Shown in pieces: positions 27,988 to 37,960 of a stretch of 64,000 nucleotides of DNA. The position numbers and the translations under genes are program-made. Source of the stretch: Candidatus Aminicenantes bacterium (lineage in GTDB: Bacteria > Acidobacteriota > Aminicenantia > Aminicenantales > JAFGBC01). The stretch spans positions 2,870,556-2,934,555 of the forward strand of contig OY969696.1 of assembly GCA_963702005.1 (NCBI GenBank). Reading direction: 5' to 3'. The notes beneath the pieces are model-generated. The model saw only the letters and a program-made list of their open reading frames with translations. It was not told the origin of the DNA and did no database searches. Position 1 is the first letter of the stretch; every line of letters begins with the position of its first letter.

Positions 27988-29337
27988 ATGAAAAAGAGGA
28001 TTTGGATGGTAATCAGTTTAATCCTTGCGGTTGTTCCCCTGTTGCTTCCCCTGGAAGGGGGGGGCGTTCTTACACCACTGGAGAAGTGGGTGGCGAGGTA
28101 CAACGGGCCAGCTAACGGAAGCGATTGTGCAGCGGCCATTGCCGTGGACAGCTCGGGCAATGTCTATGTCACCGGACAGAGTATGGGTTCAGTCGGCAAT
28201 TACGACTACGCCACCATCAAGTACAACGCAAACGGCAAACCGCTCTGGGCAAGAAGGTCCAACGGGCCAGGTAACGGCTATAATAGCCCGGGGGCCATTG
28301 CCGTGGACGGCTCGGGCAATGTCTATGTCACCGGAAGGAGCTCGGGTTCAGGCACCAGGGACGACTATGCCACCATCAAGTACAACGCAAACGGCGAACA
28401 ACTCTGGGTCAGAAGATACAACGGACCGGGTAACAGGAATGATGGCGCCAGGGCTATTGCGGTGGACGGCACGGGCAATGTTTATGTCACCGGATCCAGC
28501 TGGGGCTCAGCCACCGATTACGACTACGCCACTATCAAGTACAACACAAACGGCAAACAGCTCTGGGCAAGCAGGTACAATGGGCCAGGCAACGGCTATG
28601 ATAGCCCCGAGGCCATTGCCGTGGACGGTTCGGGCAATGTCTATGTCACCGGATGGGGCCTAGGCTCAGATCACACTGACGACTACGCGACCGTCAAGTA
28701 CGGCGTAAACGGAAAACAGCTCTGGGCTAAAAGTTACAACGGGCCAAGTCACATCAGGGATCGAGCGCGGGCTATTGCCGTGGACGGCTCGGGCAATGTC
28801 TATGTCACCGGAAGTGGATGCTCAGGCAACTTTTACGACTACGTCACCATTAAGTACGGCACAAACGGCAACCAACTCTGGGTCAACGCATACAATGGGC
28901 CAGGCAACGGCAATGATGAGGCAACGGGCATTGCGGTGGACGGCTCGGGCAATGTCTATGTCACCGGAGCGAGCGCGGTCTCAGGCGTCATTTACGACTA
29001 TGCCACCGTCAAGTACGGCGCTAACGGCAAACAGCTCTGGGTCACAAGATACAATGGACCGGCTAACGACGATGATGAGGCAAAGGCCATTGCCGTGGAC
29101 GGTTCGGGCAATGTCTATGTCACCGGATTGAGCTGGGGCTCTGGCACCGGATACGACTATGCCACTCTCAAGTACGACACAAGCGGCAAACAGCTTTGGG
29201 TCAAAAGATATAGCGGGCCGGCTAAAGGCGAAGATTTTGCAGCGGCCATTGCCGTAGACGGCTCGGGTAATGTCTATGTCACCGGAGAGAGCGCGGGCTC
29301 GGGCGCCGGTTACGACTACGCCACTATCAAGTATTGA
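27988..29337 (+). CDS. SBBP (beta-propeller) repeat protein, 8 tandem repeats of about 52 aa, N-terminal signal/anchor
   Basis: MKKRIWMVISLILAVVPLLLPL, then 8 copies of YNGPGNGxDxAxAIAVDGSGNVYVTGxSxGSGTxYDYATIKYNxNGKQLWxxR. It ends exactly at ...YDYATIKY*. Confidence 0.85.
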   Translation: MKKRIWMVISLILAVVPLLLPLEGGGVLTPLEKWVARYNGPANGSDCAAAIAVDSSGNVYVTGQSMGSVGNYDYATIKYNANGKPLWARRSNGPGNGYNSPGAIAVDGSGNVYVTGRSSGSGTRDDYATIKYNANGEQLWVRRYNGPGNRNDGARAIAVDGTGNVYVTGSSWGSATDYDYATIKYNTNGKQLWASRYNGPGNGYDSPEAIAVDGSGNVYVTGWGLGSDHTDDYATVKYGVNGKQLWAKSYNGPSHIRDRARAIAVDGSGNVYVTGSGCSGNFYDYVTIKYGTNGNQLWVNAYNGPGNGNDEATGIAVDGSGNVYVTGASAVSGVIYDYATVKYGANGKQLWVTRYNGPANDDDEAKAIAVDGSGNVYVTGLSWGSGTGYDYATLKYDTSGKQLWVKRYSGPAKGEDFAAAIAVDGSGNVYVTGESAGSGAGYDYATIKY

Positions 29338-29371
29338 TAATTGAACCGGTTAGGCTTATTAGCGCATAGAA

Positions 29372-29401
29372 TTGACATCGCCGCCCGGCCGGCGATACTA
29401 T
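29372..29401 (+). promoter_or_regulatory. sigma70-like promoter candidate inside the duplicated intergenic unit
   Basis: TTGACA (29372-29377) - 17/18 nt - ATACTA/TACTAT. The same TTGACA recurs at 30885-30890 after paralog 2. Confidence 0.4.
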
Positions 29402-29473
29402 TCCAGCGTGATCAGGAGGGGAGATCCACCACCCGGGACGGCTTTTCACCACGTTATTTTAAGGAGGCGTGAG

Positions 29474-30850
29474 ATGAAAAAGAGGGTTTGGATAGTAATC
29501 AGCTTAATCCTTGCGGTTGTTCCCCTGTTGATTCCCCTGGAAGGGGGGCACCGCCTTGCCCCACTGAGGAAGTGGGTGGCGAGATACAACGGGCCAGCCA
29601 ACGGCGATGATGTAGTAAATGCCATTGCTGTAGACGGCTCGGGCAATATCTATGTCACGGGGAGGAGCTGGGGCTCAGGCACCGATTACGACTACGCCAC
29701 CATCAAGTACAACACAAGCGGCAAACAGCTCTGGGCAAAAAGGTACAACGGGCCGGTTAACGACGAAGATTTTGCAGCGGCTATTACTGTAGACGGTTCG
29801 GGCAATGTCTATGTCACCGGACGCAGCTTAGTATCAGGCTCCGGACCCGAAGACGTACCTATCTACGACTATGCGACCATCAAGTACAGCCCAAACGGCA
29901 TACAACTCTGGGTCAACAGGTACGATGGGCCGGGTAACGGCGATGATCAGGCAACGAGCGTTGCGGTGGACGGCACGGGCAATGTCTATATCACCGGATC
30001 GAGCGGCAGCGACTATGCGACCATTAAATATAATCCAAACGGCAAACAGCTCTGGGTTAAAAGGTATAATGGGCCTGGTAATCAAGGGGATGGCGCAACG
30101 GCCATGGCCGTGGACCGCTCGGGCAATGTCTATGTCACCGGATCGAGCGCTGGTTTAGGCACCAGTTACGACTACGCCACTATCAAGTACGACACAAACG
30201 GCCAACAGCTCTGGGTCAGAAGGTATAACGGGCCTGATAACAACGGGGATGCCGCAAGTGCCATTGCTGTAGACGGCGCCGGCAATGCCTTTGTCACCGG
30301 ACATAGTTTGGGTTTAGAGACCTATCAAGACTACGTCACCATCAAGTACAGCCCAAGCGGCAAACAGCTCTGGACTAGAAGATACAACGGCCCAGCGAAC
30401 GGCAGTGATTATGCCAATGCCATTGCCGTGGACGGCTCGGGCAATGTCTATGTCACCGGATCGAGCGGGGGCTCAGTTCCCCATAACTATTACGATTACG
30501 CCACTATCAAGTACAGCGCAAACGGCCAACAGCTCTGGGAAAACAGGTACAACGGACCAGCTAACAGCTGGGATGAAGCCAGGGCCATTGCCGTGGACCC
30601 TTCAGGCAATGTCTTTGTCACCGGAGGAAGCGCGGCCTTAGGCACCTGGCACTGGGACGACTACACCACCATCAAGTACAACGCAAGCGGCCAACAGCTC
30701 TGGATAGACAGGTTCGATGGGCCAGGGAATGATGCTTATGACGAGGATACGGCAACGGCCATTGCGGTAGACCGTTCGGGCAATGTCTATGTCACCGGAT
30801 GGAGCATGGGCTCAGGCACCGGTTTCGACTACGCCACCATTAAGTATTAA
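29474..30850 (+). CDS. SBBP (beta-propeller) repeat protein, paralog 2, 8 repeats
   Basis: MKKRVWIVISLILAVVPLLIPL, then 8 repeats with the same consensus. It ends ...FDYATIKY*. Confidence 0.85.
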   Translation: MKKRVWIVISLILAVVPLLIPLEGGHRLAPLRKWVARYNGPANGDDVVNAIAVDGSGNIYVTGRSWGSGTDYDYATIKYNTSGKQLWAKRYNGPVNDEDFAAAITVDGSGNVYVTGRSLVSGSGPEDVPIYDYATIKYSPNGIQLWVNRYDGPGNGDDQATSVAVDGTGNVYITGSSGSDYATIKYNPNGKQLWVKRYNGPGNQGDGATAMAVDRSGNVYVTGSSAGLGTSYDYATIKYDTNGQQLWVRRYNGPDNNGDAASAIAVDGAGNAFVTGHSLGLETYQDYVTIKYSPSGKQLWTRRYNGPANGSDYANAIAVDGSGNVYVTGSSGGSVPHNYYDYATIKYSANGQQLWENRYNGPANSWDEARAIAVDPSGNVFVTGGSAALGTWHWDDYTTIKYNASGQQLWIDRFDGPGNDAYDEDTATAIAVDRSGNVYVTGWSMGSGTGFDYATIKY

Positions 30851-30908
30851 CAATTGAACCGGATAGGCGGATTAGCGTAAAGAATTGACATCGTCGCCCG
30901 GCCGACGA

Positions 30909-31340
30909 GAAACGCCAGCACCTCCCGGGCGAAGATCTCCGCCAGCCGCGAGTCGTCCATTCGCGGGATCTCGTGGAAGACGCCCGCACTCATGAACCGT
31001 TTCCGGTTCATGAGTGCGGGCGAAGCGCCGCCTCGTTCAGGCCGCCCTCGGTCACCAGAAAATGGAGGTGGGGGTGTCAGGATGTGTTCCGTATGACAGT
31101 CCGGCAGCGGCGGATCCGGGCGAATCCGCACTTCGGATTGCCGCAGTCGAGATAGCGCTCGACGACCTCCTTGATGAGGGGAGGTCCGGGTGATTTCCGG
31201 CTCATCGGCCAGCGCTGACGGCTTCCAGATTGCCCGTCCGCGCTCTCCAGGTGTCCTTGATATGTTCCCAGCCCTGATTTATGCTTCCCAAAAGTGGCGA
31301 GATGGGATAATCGATGCGAAAACGCGTCTCCAACCGGCTC
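30909..31340 (-). mobile_element. IS91-family (Y2 transposase) remnant: N-terminal and Zn-binding region fused to a fragment of the catalytic domain, with multiple frameshifts
   Basis: Minus-strand fragments in three frames: ...GWEHIKDTWRA..., RKSPGPPLIKEVVERYLDCGNPKCGFARIR / (C)PDCHTEHIL (Zn_Tnp_IS91-like), HPHLHFLVTEGGLNEAA (HxH..LVT.GG motif of Y2 transposases), GVFHEIPRMDDSRLAEIFAREVLAFLV. The remainder of the gene is absent. The left limit abuts the SBBP duplication junction. Confidence 0.6.
30981..31022. repeat. perfect 19-bp-stem palindrome (4-nt loop) inside the IS91 remnant
   Basis: CGCCCGCACTCATGAACCG-TTTC-CGGTTCATGAGTGCGGGCG, read directly from the sequence. Confidence 0.9.
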
Positions 31341-31464
31341 AACAGAAAACGAAATACCTTCTTTCTAGCCGCGCCGTCGCGGCAGCCGATATTGACCGCC
31401 CCAGCTAAAAGAATTAATATTTCAGCAAAGGGAACATCCGGGGTATCGAGGAAGGAGGCGTTCC

Positions 31465-33516
31465 ATGAAAAGGGGATTTGTTTTTCTCGCCATCGCACTG
31501 GCTCTTGGGCTTTCCGCTCCGGCCGTGGGAGGATCCGGTTCCGGCTCCCTCATGCCGGTCCCATCCCCTTTCGGGCCGGCGCCGCTCTACTTTATCAGGA
31601 ACCAAGGTCAGGCTGCGCCCGAGGCGCGTTTCTATGCGAAAACGAAGGATTATACGCTCTGGCTGACGAAGCAAGAGCTGGTTTTCGACCGGACGAACGG
31701 CGCGGCCTCCGGGCTTGTCTTTAAAAATATCAACTCGGATGTCGCGCTCTCAGCGGTCGACCCTTCGGACTACCGGATCAGTTATTTCTACGGCCGTGAC
31801 GAGTCCGGCTGGATCACGGACGTTCCAACGTCGAGAGCCGTGCTTTATACCAATCTCTACGACGGCGTAGACCTCAAGGTCTACGGCACAGAAAAAGAAG
31901 TCGAATATGACTGGGTCGTCCGGCCCGGCGCGGACCCCAGCGACATCCGGTTTGCCTACGACGGAGCGCCCGCAACGGGAATCAACATCGAGGGAGACCT
32001 CGTCGTAAAGACGTCCTCGGGCGAGATCCGGCACCGGAAGCCCGCGGCCTACCAGGTCATCGACGGCCGGCAGGTGGCCGTGAAGGCATCGTTTAGGAAC
32101 ATCGGCAGAGACGAATTCGCTTTTGCGATCGGCGCCCACGACCGGCGCTTCGCCCTCATCATCGACCCCGTCGTCCTCGTCTCTTCGACTTACCTGGGAG
32201 GTTATTCAGACGATCTCCCTTTCTTTATCAAGCAGGACAATACGGGCGCGGTCTATATCTCCGGTTTCACCGCGAGCAAGGACTTCCCTCCCTACCATGT
32301 CAGCCAACCTCGGGCCGACGGGTTCGTAACCAAGCTTTCGCCCGACGGACAAAGCTTGATCTACTCGGACTTCTTTCCGGTTGGAACCGCCATGTCTCCC
32401 GTCCCGGCTCTCGCGGTGGACAAAAAAGGATCCGTTTATCTGGCCGGGACGACCACCAGCCGCAGTTTCCCGCTCAAGAATGCGTTCCAGACGACAAACA
32501 GCGGACGTGATGAAGCGTTTTTCCTGAAATTGACGCCGGACGGCAAGGGCTTGGTCTTCTCTTCTTATCTGGGCGGTTCTGGTTATGACGAAGGCAAGCG
32601 CATAGCTCTGGACGCCTCGGGCTCTGTCTATGTGGCAGGCGAAACAAACAGCATGGATTTTCCGACCCTAAAAGCCTATAAAAAAATCTCGAGGGGTAAC
32701 TGGAACGCTTTCGTCTCCAAGTTCGCCTCCGACGGGAAGACCATGATCTATTCCACTTATCTGGGAGGCTCTAGCCAGGGGGAGTTAGAACTCCGAGGGC
32801 TGACCGTCGACAGCACGGGAGCCGCTTATTTATCAGGTGAGACAGAAGATAGGGACTTCCCCGTCCAGAATGCGTTCCAACCCAAATATGGAGGGGGCGG
32901 GGCAGATTGTTTCATCACGAAGCTTTCCCCAAACGGCGACCGGCTCGACTATTCCAGCTACCTAGGTGGGTCCAGCGCGGATGAGTCTAATGGGGTGGCT
33001 GTCGACAGCGCCGGCGCCGCCTATCTCACGGGGGCTGCGGAGGGCCCATTCCCCGTCAAAAATGCCTTCCAAAAAAGCCGGAAAGGCAACGCCGACGCTT
33101 TCGTCACCAAGTTCGCGCCGGACGGCAAAACCCTGATCTATTCAACCTACCTGGGTGGATTTGGCAAGGACTATGGCTTAGGGATCGCCGTCGATGAGAA
33201 CGGAAACGCCTATATTACAGGATATACAACCAGCCCGAATTTTCCGATTAAAGATGGTTATCAAACAGTCCACAAAGGCCCAGTGGACGCCTTTTTAACC
33301 ATCCTGGCGCCGGACGGGAAAAGTCTCATCGCTTCGACCTACTTTGGGGGCTCTTACCAGGATTACGGCTATAACCCAACGGTCGGTGCCGACGGGACGA
33401 TCCTGATGGTCGGAGCGACGAACAGCCTCGACTTGCCGACCCTCAAGCCCTACCAGAAGTCGCTCAAAAACGGCTATGACGGTTTTGTCGCCAAGTTCAA
33501 GCTGAAGTCCGATTGA
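31465..33516 (+). CDS. secreted SBBP / beta-propeller repeat protein (divergent third member) with a distinct N-terminal domain
   Basis: 683 aa with signal peptide MKRGFVFLAIALALGLSAPAVG. Repeats of the form YLGGSxxDxGxxIAVDxxGxxYxxGxTxSxDFPxxNAFQ...DAFVTKLxPDGxxLxYSTYLGG. Confidence 0.8.
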   Translation: MKRGFVFLAIALALGLSAPAVGGSGSGSLMPVPSPFGPAPLYFIRNQGQAAPEARFYAKTKDYTLWLTKQELVFDRTNGAASGLVFKNINSDVALSAVDPSDYRISYFYGRDESGWITDVPTSRAVLYTNLYDGVDLKVYGTEKEVEYDWVVRPGADPSDIRFAYDGAPATGINIEGDLVVKTSSGEIRHRKPAAYQVIDGRQVAVKASFRNIGRDEFAFAIGAHDRRFALIIDPVVLVSSTYLGGYSDDLPFFIKQDNTGAVYISGFTASKDFPPYHVSQPRADGFVTKLSPDGQSLIYSDFFPVGTAMSPVPALAVDKKGSVYLAGTTTSRSFPLKNAFQTTNSGRDEAFFLKLTPDGKGLVFSSYLGGSGYDEGKRIALDASGSVYVAGETNSMDFPTLKAYKKISRGNWNAFVSKFASDGKTMIYSTYLGGSSQGELELRGLTVDSTGAAYLSGETEDRDFPVQNAFQPKYGGGGADCFITKLSPNGDRLDYSSYLGGSSADESNGVAVDSAGAAYLTGAAEGPFPVKNAFQKSRKGNADAFVTKFAPDGKTLIYSTYLGGFGKDYGLGIAVDENGNAYITGYTTSPNFPIKDGYQTVHKGPVDAFLTILAPDGKSLIASTYFGGSYQDYGYNPTVGADGTILMVGATNSLDLPTLKPYQKSLKNGYDGFVAKFKLKSD

Positions 33517-33683
33517 CACATCAAGGAGAATCTTGCCTAATCAACTTCGCCCGTCCCCGTATTAATTATCATCGACTTTCTTTTGCTGAAGCGCGAGATA
33601 AGGCAGCCGGCTAGCTCGACCCCTCGAAGGCCTTATGGCGGGATTCGTCCGGTTAGAGTAAAATAGCTCGAAGGATTCGAACG

Positions 33684-34838
33684 ATGGTTTATCTCGACAA
33701 CAACGCCACGACGCCCCTGGACCCGGCCGTCGCCGACAAGATGTGCTGGTTCCTGCGGGAGCACTTCGGAAACCCCTCCTCCCTCTATCCGATCGGACGA
33801 GCCGTCCGGGACCTCCTCCAGGAAGCGCGGGAGAATATCGCCGGGCAACTCGGCTGCCGGCGAAGCGAGATCGTCTTCACCGGGTCGGGCACCGAGGCCG
33901 ACAATTTTGCCATCTTCGGAATTCTCGATGCCCACCCCGACAAGAAAGAAATCGTCGTCTCGGCCATCGAGCATCCGGCCGTGTTGCGGACGGGAAATTA
34001 TCTCGAGAAGAAAGGCTACCGGGTCGTCTATCTTCCCGTCGATCACTACGGGATCGTGGACCTCGACGCCCTCCGGGACGCCCTGACTCCCAACACGGCG
34101 CTGGTTTCCATCATGTACGCCAACAACGAGATCGGAACCATCCAGCCCATTAAGGATATCGTCAAGATCGCGCGGGATAAGGAAGTCCTCGTCCACACCG
34201 ACGCCGTCCAAGCCTTCGGAAAGATCGAGGTCAAGGTCGGCGACTTGGGCGTCGACCTGCTGACCGTCGCCTCCCACAAGATCTACGGCCCCAAGGGCGT
34301 GGGCGCGCTCTACATCCGAAAAGGAACGGCCATAGGCCCCTATATCCATGGCGGTCACCAGGAAAAGGAGCTGAGGGCCGGAACCGAGAATACGATCGGG
34401 ATCGTCGGGTTCGGCGAGGCGGCTCGGGTCCTGGGCGAGCGCTGGAAAAAAGACCGCGAGCGGATCGAGAAGCTGGCCGGCCGGCTCAAGGACGGTATCG
34501 AAAAAACCGTGCCCAAGGTTCATTTCAACGGCCACCCCGAGCGCCGGATCAAGAGCACGCTCAACTTCTCGTTCCCGGGCCTGGAGGGCGAGGCGATCCT
34601 GCTTTCGCTCGCGACCAAGGAAATCTATGTCTCGACCGGCTCTGCCTGCAGCGAGGGCTCGGAGGAAGTCTCCCCCGTTCTGGCCGCGATCGGGCTGCGT
34701 CCCGAGATCGCCCGGAGCTCGATCCGGATGTCGCTGGGCCGCTTCAACACGGACGAGGACGTCGCTATCGTGCTCCGGGAACTTCCCGAGATCGTCGACA
34801 GGCTCCGTAAAATCTCGTCCTTCGACCCCGAAATTTAG
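33684..34838 (+). CDS. nifS: cysteine desulfurase, NifS/IscS type
   Basis: MVYLDNNATTPLDP, TGSGTEADN, SHKIYGPKGVGALY (PLP Lys), STGSACS (active Cys). Confidence 0.9.
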   Translation: MVYLDNNATTPLDPAVADKMCWFLREHFGNPSSLYPIGRAVRDLLQEARENIAGQLGCRRSEIVFTGSGTEADNFAIFGILDAHPDKKEIVVSAIEHPAVLRTGNYLEKKGYRVVYLPVDHYGIVDLDALRDALTPNTALVSIMYANNEIGTIQPIKDIVKIARDKEVLVHTDAVQAFGKIEVKVGDLGVDLLTVASHKIYGPKGVGALYIRKGTAIGPYIHGGHQEKELRAGTENTIGIVGFGEAARVLGERWKKDRERIEKLAGRLKDGIEKTVPKVHFNGHPERRIKSTLNFSFPGLEGEAILLSLATKEIYVSTGSACSEGSEEVSPVLAAIGLRPEIARSSIRMSLGRFNTDEDVAIVLRELPEIVDRLRKISSFDPEI

Positions 34839-35380
34839 TATCTGATTCGCGAGAGGAATATCCTCCGGATCCCCATGAAAAAGGCCGCGTACTCCTCCTG
34901 CCGGAAATCGGGATAGGTCCAGTCGAGATATTTGATGCCCGACTTTGTGAACAGGAGCTCGAGATGGGCGTAGATCCCGTCCCGGAGCGGGACGCGGTGG
35001 GCAAAGTCCTTGGTCGTGGCCATGAACAGCGCCGAGGCCGTGATGAAGCCGGGATCGATGTTGACGACACGGCGCGATTCCCCCGCGGCGGCCCGGATCT
35101 CATCCTCCCAGGAGTTGGTCAGAAGCTTGATGTCGCTTAGGCGCTCCGGCTCCCCGGGCTCCTCGAAACTCAGAAAGATCCGTTTCAGCCCCTCCCCCAT
35201 CTCCTTTTCGTAATAATCCGTCAGGCGGAAATCGAAGGCGGGGCTCCGAAGGTCGACCGCCCCGAGCCGGCCGACGAGCCTCTCCTCGGCCTTGGCTAAG
35301 ATCTCGGGACGCGCAAAGATAATCCCGCAAATATATTTGACGGGAGAAAACGCCTTGGCTTCGGCCATCGGAGTCTTCAT
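34835..35380 (-). CDS. DUF4416 family protein
   Basis: PVKYICGIIF...FDFRLTDYYEKEMG...RVVNIDPGFI...KDFAHRVPL pattern. Start MKTPMAE at 35380. Confidence 0.65.
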   Translation of the reverse strand: MKTPMAEAKAFSPVKYICGIIFARPEILAKAEERLVGRLGAVDLRSPAFDFRLTDYYEKEMGEGLKRIFLSFEEPGEPERLSDIKLLTNSWEDEIRAAAGESRRVVNIDPGFITASALFMATTKDFAHRVPLRDGIYAHLELLFTKSGIKYLDWTYPDFRQEEYAAFFMGIRRIFLSRIRY

Positions 35381-35488
35381 GTTAGGGTCAGCGCAAGGAC
35401 AAGTCAATATTCGACTTGAAACAGTTCCGGCCCGGTTGCCGGCGGCGGCCGGCCTGGGCTACAATCCGATCAAAGGAGGCTCGGAGCT

Positions 35489-36574
35489 TTGATAAAAACA
35501 AGCATCGCCTGCAGTTTATGCGCGACAGGGCTCCTCATCATCAGCGGAGCGTCTTCACCCCTCTCGCGCGCTCTCCGTCCCCAAGCGGACGGCGTTTCCT
35601 GGCAGGTTCAGATCAGCGGGACGACGGCCGGCCTTCGCGGGGTCGCGGCCGTCAATGACAATGTGGCTTGGGCGAGCGGCACGGACGGAACCTTTCTAAA
35701 GACCGTGGACGGAGGCAAAACCTGGACGGCCGGAAGAGTCCCCGGCGCCGAATCCATGGATTTCCGCGATGTCGAGGCTTGGGACGCCGACACCGCCTGC
35801 CTCATGGGAATCGCCCGGCCCGCCCGCATCTTCAGGACCTCCGACGGCGGAAAGACCTGGACGGAGCGCTTCCACAACGACGCCGAAGGCATCTTCCTCG
35901 ACGCGTTCGCCTTCTTCGACGCGACGAGCGGAATCGCCGTCGGCGACCCGATGGACGGCCGCTTCATGATCCTGATCACGGATGACGCCGGACTCACCTG
36001 GGAGCCCCTGCCCTTTCAGCACAGGCCCGAGGCCTTGGCCGGGGAAGGCGCCTTCGCCGCCAGCGGCACGTGTCTGACCGTCCTGGGACCGTCCACAGCG
36101 TGGTTCTGCACGGGCGGCTCCGCCGCCCGGGTCTTCCGATCCGGGAGCCGGGGAAGGTCTTGGTCATCGGCCGACTCGCCGCTCGGCGCCGGCACGGCCT
36201 CGTCCGGAGGATTCTCGCTCCTGTTCTGGAATGCCGAGGATGGAGCTATGGTCGGCGGCGATTATAAAAATGAACCCTCTGCGCTCAAGAACGCGGCCGT
36301 CAGCCGGGACGGCGGCCGGACCTGGAAGCTCATCGAAGCCGCCGCCCCGTCCGGTTTCAGGGAATGCGCGGCGATCGTGCCGGGCACCTCGCCGCCGCTC
36401 CTCATCGCCGTCGGACCGTCGGGGTCCGACCTCTCGCTCGACGGCGGCAGGACTTGGACGTCCATCCCCGCACCCTCCGGATTCCACGGCGTCAGCTTCT
36501 CAAAAAAAGACAGATCCGGCTGGGCCGTCGGCCGCAACGGTCTGGTCGCCAAGTGCGTCTTCCGGACCGATTGA
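35489..36574 (+). CDS. BNR/Asp-box repeat beta-propeller protein (Ycf48-like), secreted
   Basis: TTG start preceded by SD AAAGGAGG. Repeated Asp-box motifs: [40 protein letters not shown]. Confidence 0.7.
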   Translation: MIKTSIACSLCATGLLIISGASSPLSRALRPQADGVSWQVQISGTTAGLRGVAAVNDNVAWASGTDGTFLKTVDGGKTWTAGRVPGAESMDFRDVEAWDADTACLMGIARPARIFRTSDGGKTWTERFHNDAEGIFLDAFAFFDATSGIAVGDPMDGRFMILITDDAGLTWEPLPFQHRPEALAGEGAFAASGTCLTVLGPSTAWFCTGGSAARVFRSGSRGRSWSSADSPLGAGTASSGGFSLLFWNAEDGAMVGGDYKNEPSALKNAAVSRDGGRTWKLIEAAAPSGFRECAAIVPGTSPPLLIAVGPSGSDLSLDGGRTWTSIPAPSGFHGVSFSKKDRSGWAVGRNGLVAKCVFRTD

Positions 36575-36608
36575 TTTCGAGTTCCCGTTTCCTTATAATG
36601 AGCCAATC

Positions 36609-37901
36609 ATGGAGTGGGTTTATATCGAGGACATCGCCGGCCGCTACGGCCAGGACGTCGAGGTCCGCGGCTGGGTTTACCACAAACGATCGAGCGGCAA
36701 AGTCCGCTTCCTCCTCGTTCGCGACGGGACGGGCCTCATCCAGGGGACGATGGTCGGCGCCGACAAAGACGCCCCCCTCTTCAAGACCTTCGACGAGCTG
36801 ACCCAGGAATCCTCGATCATCGTCCGGGGCAAGGTCCGCGAAGAGAAGCGGGCGGCCGGAGGGTACGAGCTCGAGATCCAGGATATCGAGGTCGTCCAGA
36901 TCGCCCGGGATTACCCGATCACGCCCAAGGAACACAGCACGCCCTTCCTGATGGAACACCGCCATCTCTGGCTCCGCTCCCAGAAGCAGCACGCCGTCCT
37001 TCGGGTTCGGGCCGAGGTCGTCAAAGCCATCCGCGATTTCTTCGACGGCCGCGGGTTCCGGCTCATGGATACGCCCATCCTGACCCCGAGCGCCTGCGAG
37101 GGCACGACGACCCTGTTCGAAACCGAGTACTTCGACCAAAAGGCCTACCTCAGTCAGAGCGGCCAGCTCTACAACGAAGCGACCGCGATGGCCTTCGGCA
37201 AGGTCTACTGCTTCGGCCCGACCTTCCGGGCCGAGCGCTCTAAGACGCGCAAGCATCTCATCGAATTCTGGATGGTCGAACCCGAGGTCGCCTTCGCCTC
37301 CCTCGAGGATATTACCGAGCTGGGCGAGGACCTCGTCCTGTTCATCATCGAACGGGTCCTGGCCGAGCGGCGCGCGGAGCTTGAGACGCTCGAGCGCGAT
37401 CCGAAACCGCTGGAAAGAGTCCGAAAGCCCTTCCCCCGCCTCAAGTACGAAGAGATCCTGCCCCGGCTCCAGGAGAAAGGCTCGACCATCAAGTCGGGCG
37501 ACGATTTGGGCGCGCCCGAAGAAGCCATCCTTTCCGAGCTCTACGATGTCCCGGTCTGCATCAGCCATTTCCCGGCGGCGGTCAAGGCGTTTTACATGCA
37601 GCCGGCGCCTGACCGGCCCGACCTGGCCTTGGGCGTCGACTTCATCGCCTCCGAGGGATACGGCGAGATCATCGGGGGGGGCCAGCGCATCCACGACTTG
37701 GCCCTCCTCGAGCAGCGGATCCAAGAGTACAAGCTTCCGCGCGAGGCTTACGAGTGGTACCTGGACCTCCGCAAATACGGCTCGGTCCCCCACTCCGGGT
37801 TCGGGTTGGGCGTCGAACGGACCGTGTCCTGGATGTGCGGGATCAAGCACATCCGGGAGACGATCCCCTTCCCCCGCCTCCTCTACCGCATTTATCCGTA
37901 G
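36609..37901 (+). CDS. asnS: asparagine--tRNA ligase
   Basis: 430 aa from MEWVYIEDI. Class II motifs: [47 protein letters not shown]. The upstream part of listed ORF 36231.. overlaps the preceding gene in another frame. Confidence 0.9.
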   Translation: MEWVYIEDIAGRYGQDVEVRGWVYHKRSSGKVRFLLVRDGTGLIQGTMVGADKDAPLFKTFDELTQESSIIVRGKVREEKRAAGGYELEIQDIEVVQIARDYPITPKEHSTPFLMEHRHLWLRSQKQHAVLRVRAEVVKAIRDFFDGRGFRLMDTPILTPSACEGTTTLFETEYFDQKAYLSQSGQLYNEATAMAFGKVYCFGPTFRAERSKTRKHLIEFWMVEPEVAFASLEDITELGEDLVLFIIERVLAERRAELETLERDPKPLERVRKPFPRLKYEEILPRLQEKGSTIKSGDDLGAPEEAILSELYDVPVCISHFPAAVKAFYMQPAPDRPDLALGVDFIASEGYGEIIGGGQRIHDLALLEQRIQEYKLPREAYEWYLDLRKYGSVPHSGFGLGVERTVSWMCGIKHIRETIPFPRLLYRIYP

Positions 37902-37960
37902 AGGGTCATGCCCGGCTTTTTAACTTTTTGACAAAGTGTAGGTTTGACCCCGTGAAGAAA

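Larger units (their letters stand above)
27898..30908 (+). repeat. tandem duplication (about 1.5 kb x 2) of a complete SBBP gene cassette, including 5' leader and 3' flank
   Basis: CCGGCCGGCGATACTATTCC...TTTTCACCACGTTAT(C/T)TTAAGGAGGCGTGAGATGAAAAAGAGG occurs before both genes. (T/C)AATTGAACCGG(T/A)TAGGC..ATTAGCG.A.AGAATTGACATCG.CGCCCGGCCG occurs after both genes. The third copy of the junction breaks off at about 30908. Confidence 0.85.

Noticed and set aside
28025-30641. Alternate-frame ORFs inside the SBBP genes (28025..28663, 28775..29131, 29871..30158, 30405..30641, 29834..30085).
   Set aside because: They are open only because the repeat unit lacks stops in those frames. Their products are Thr, Ala, Arg and Met-rich reiterations (PWTARAMSMSP...) with no start or SD context.
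27988-30850. Periodic repeats of about 156 nt, considered as a CRISPR array or as a diversity-generating retroelement target/template pair.
   Set aside because: The repeats are in-frame coding repeats of SBBP propeller blades with no short unique spacers. There is no cas gene and no reverse transcriptase in the window. Differences between copies are not adenine-specific.
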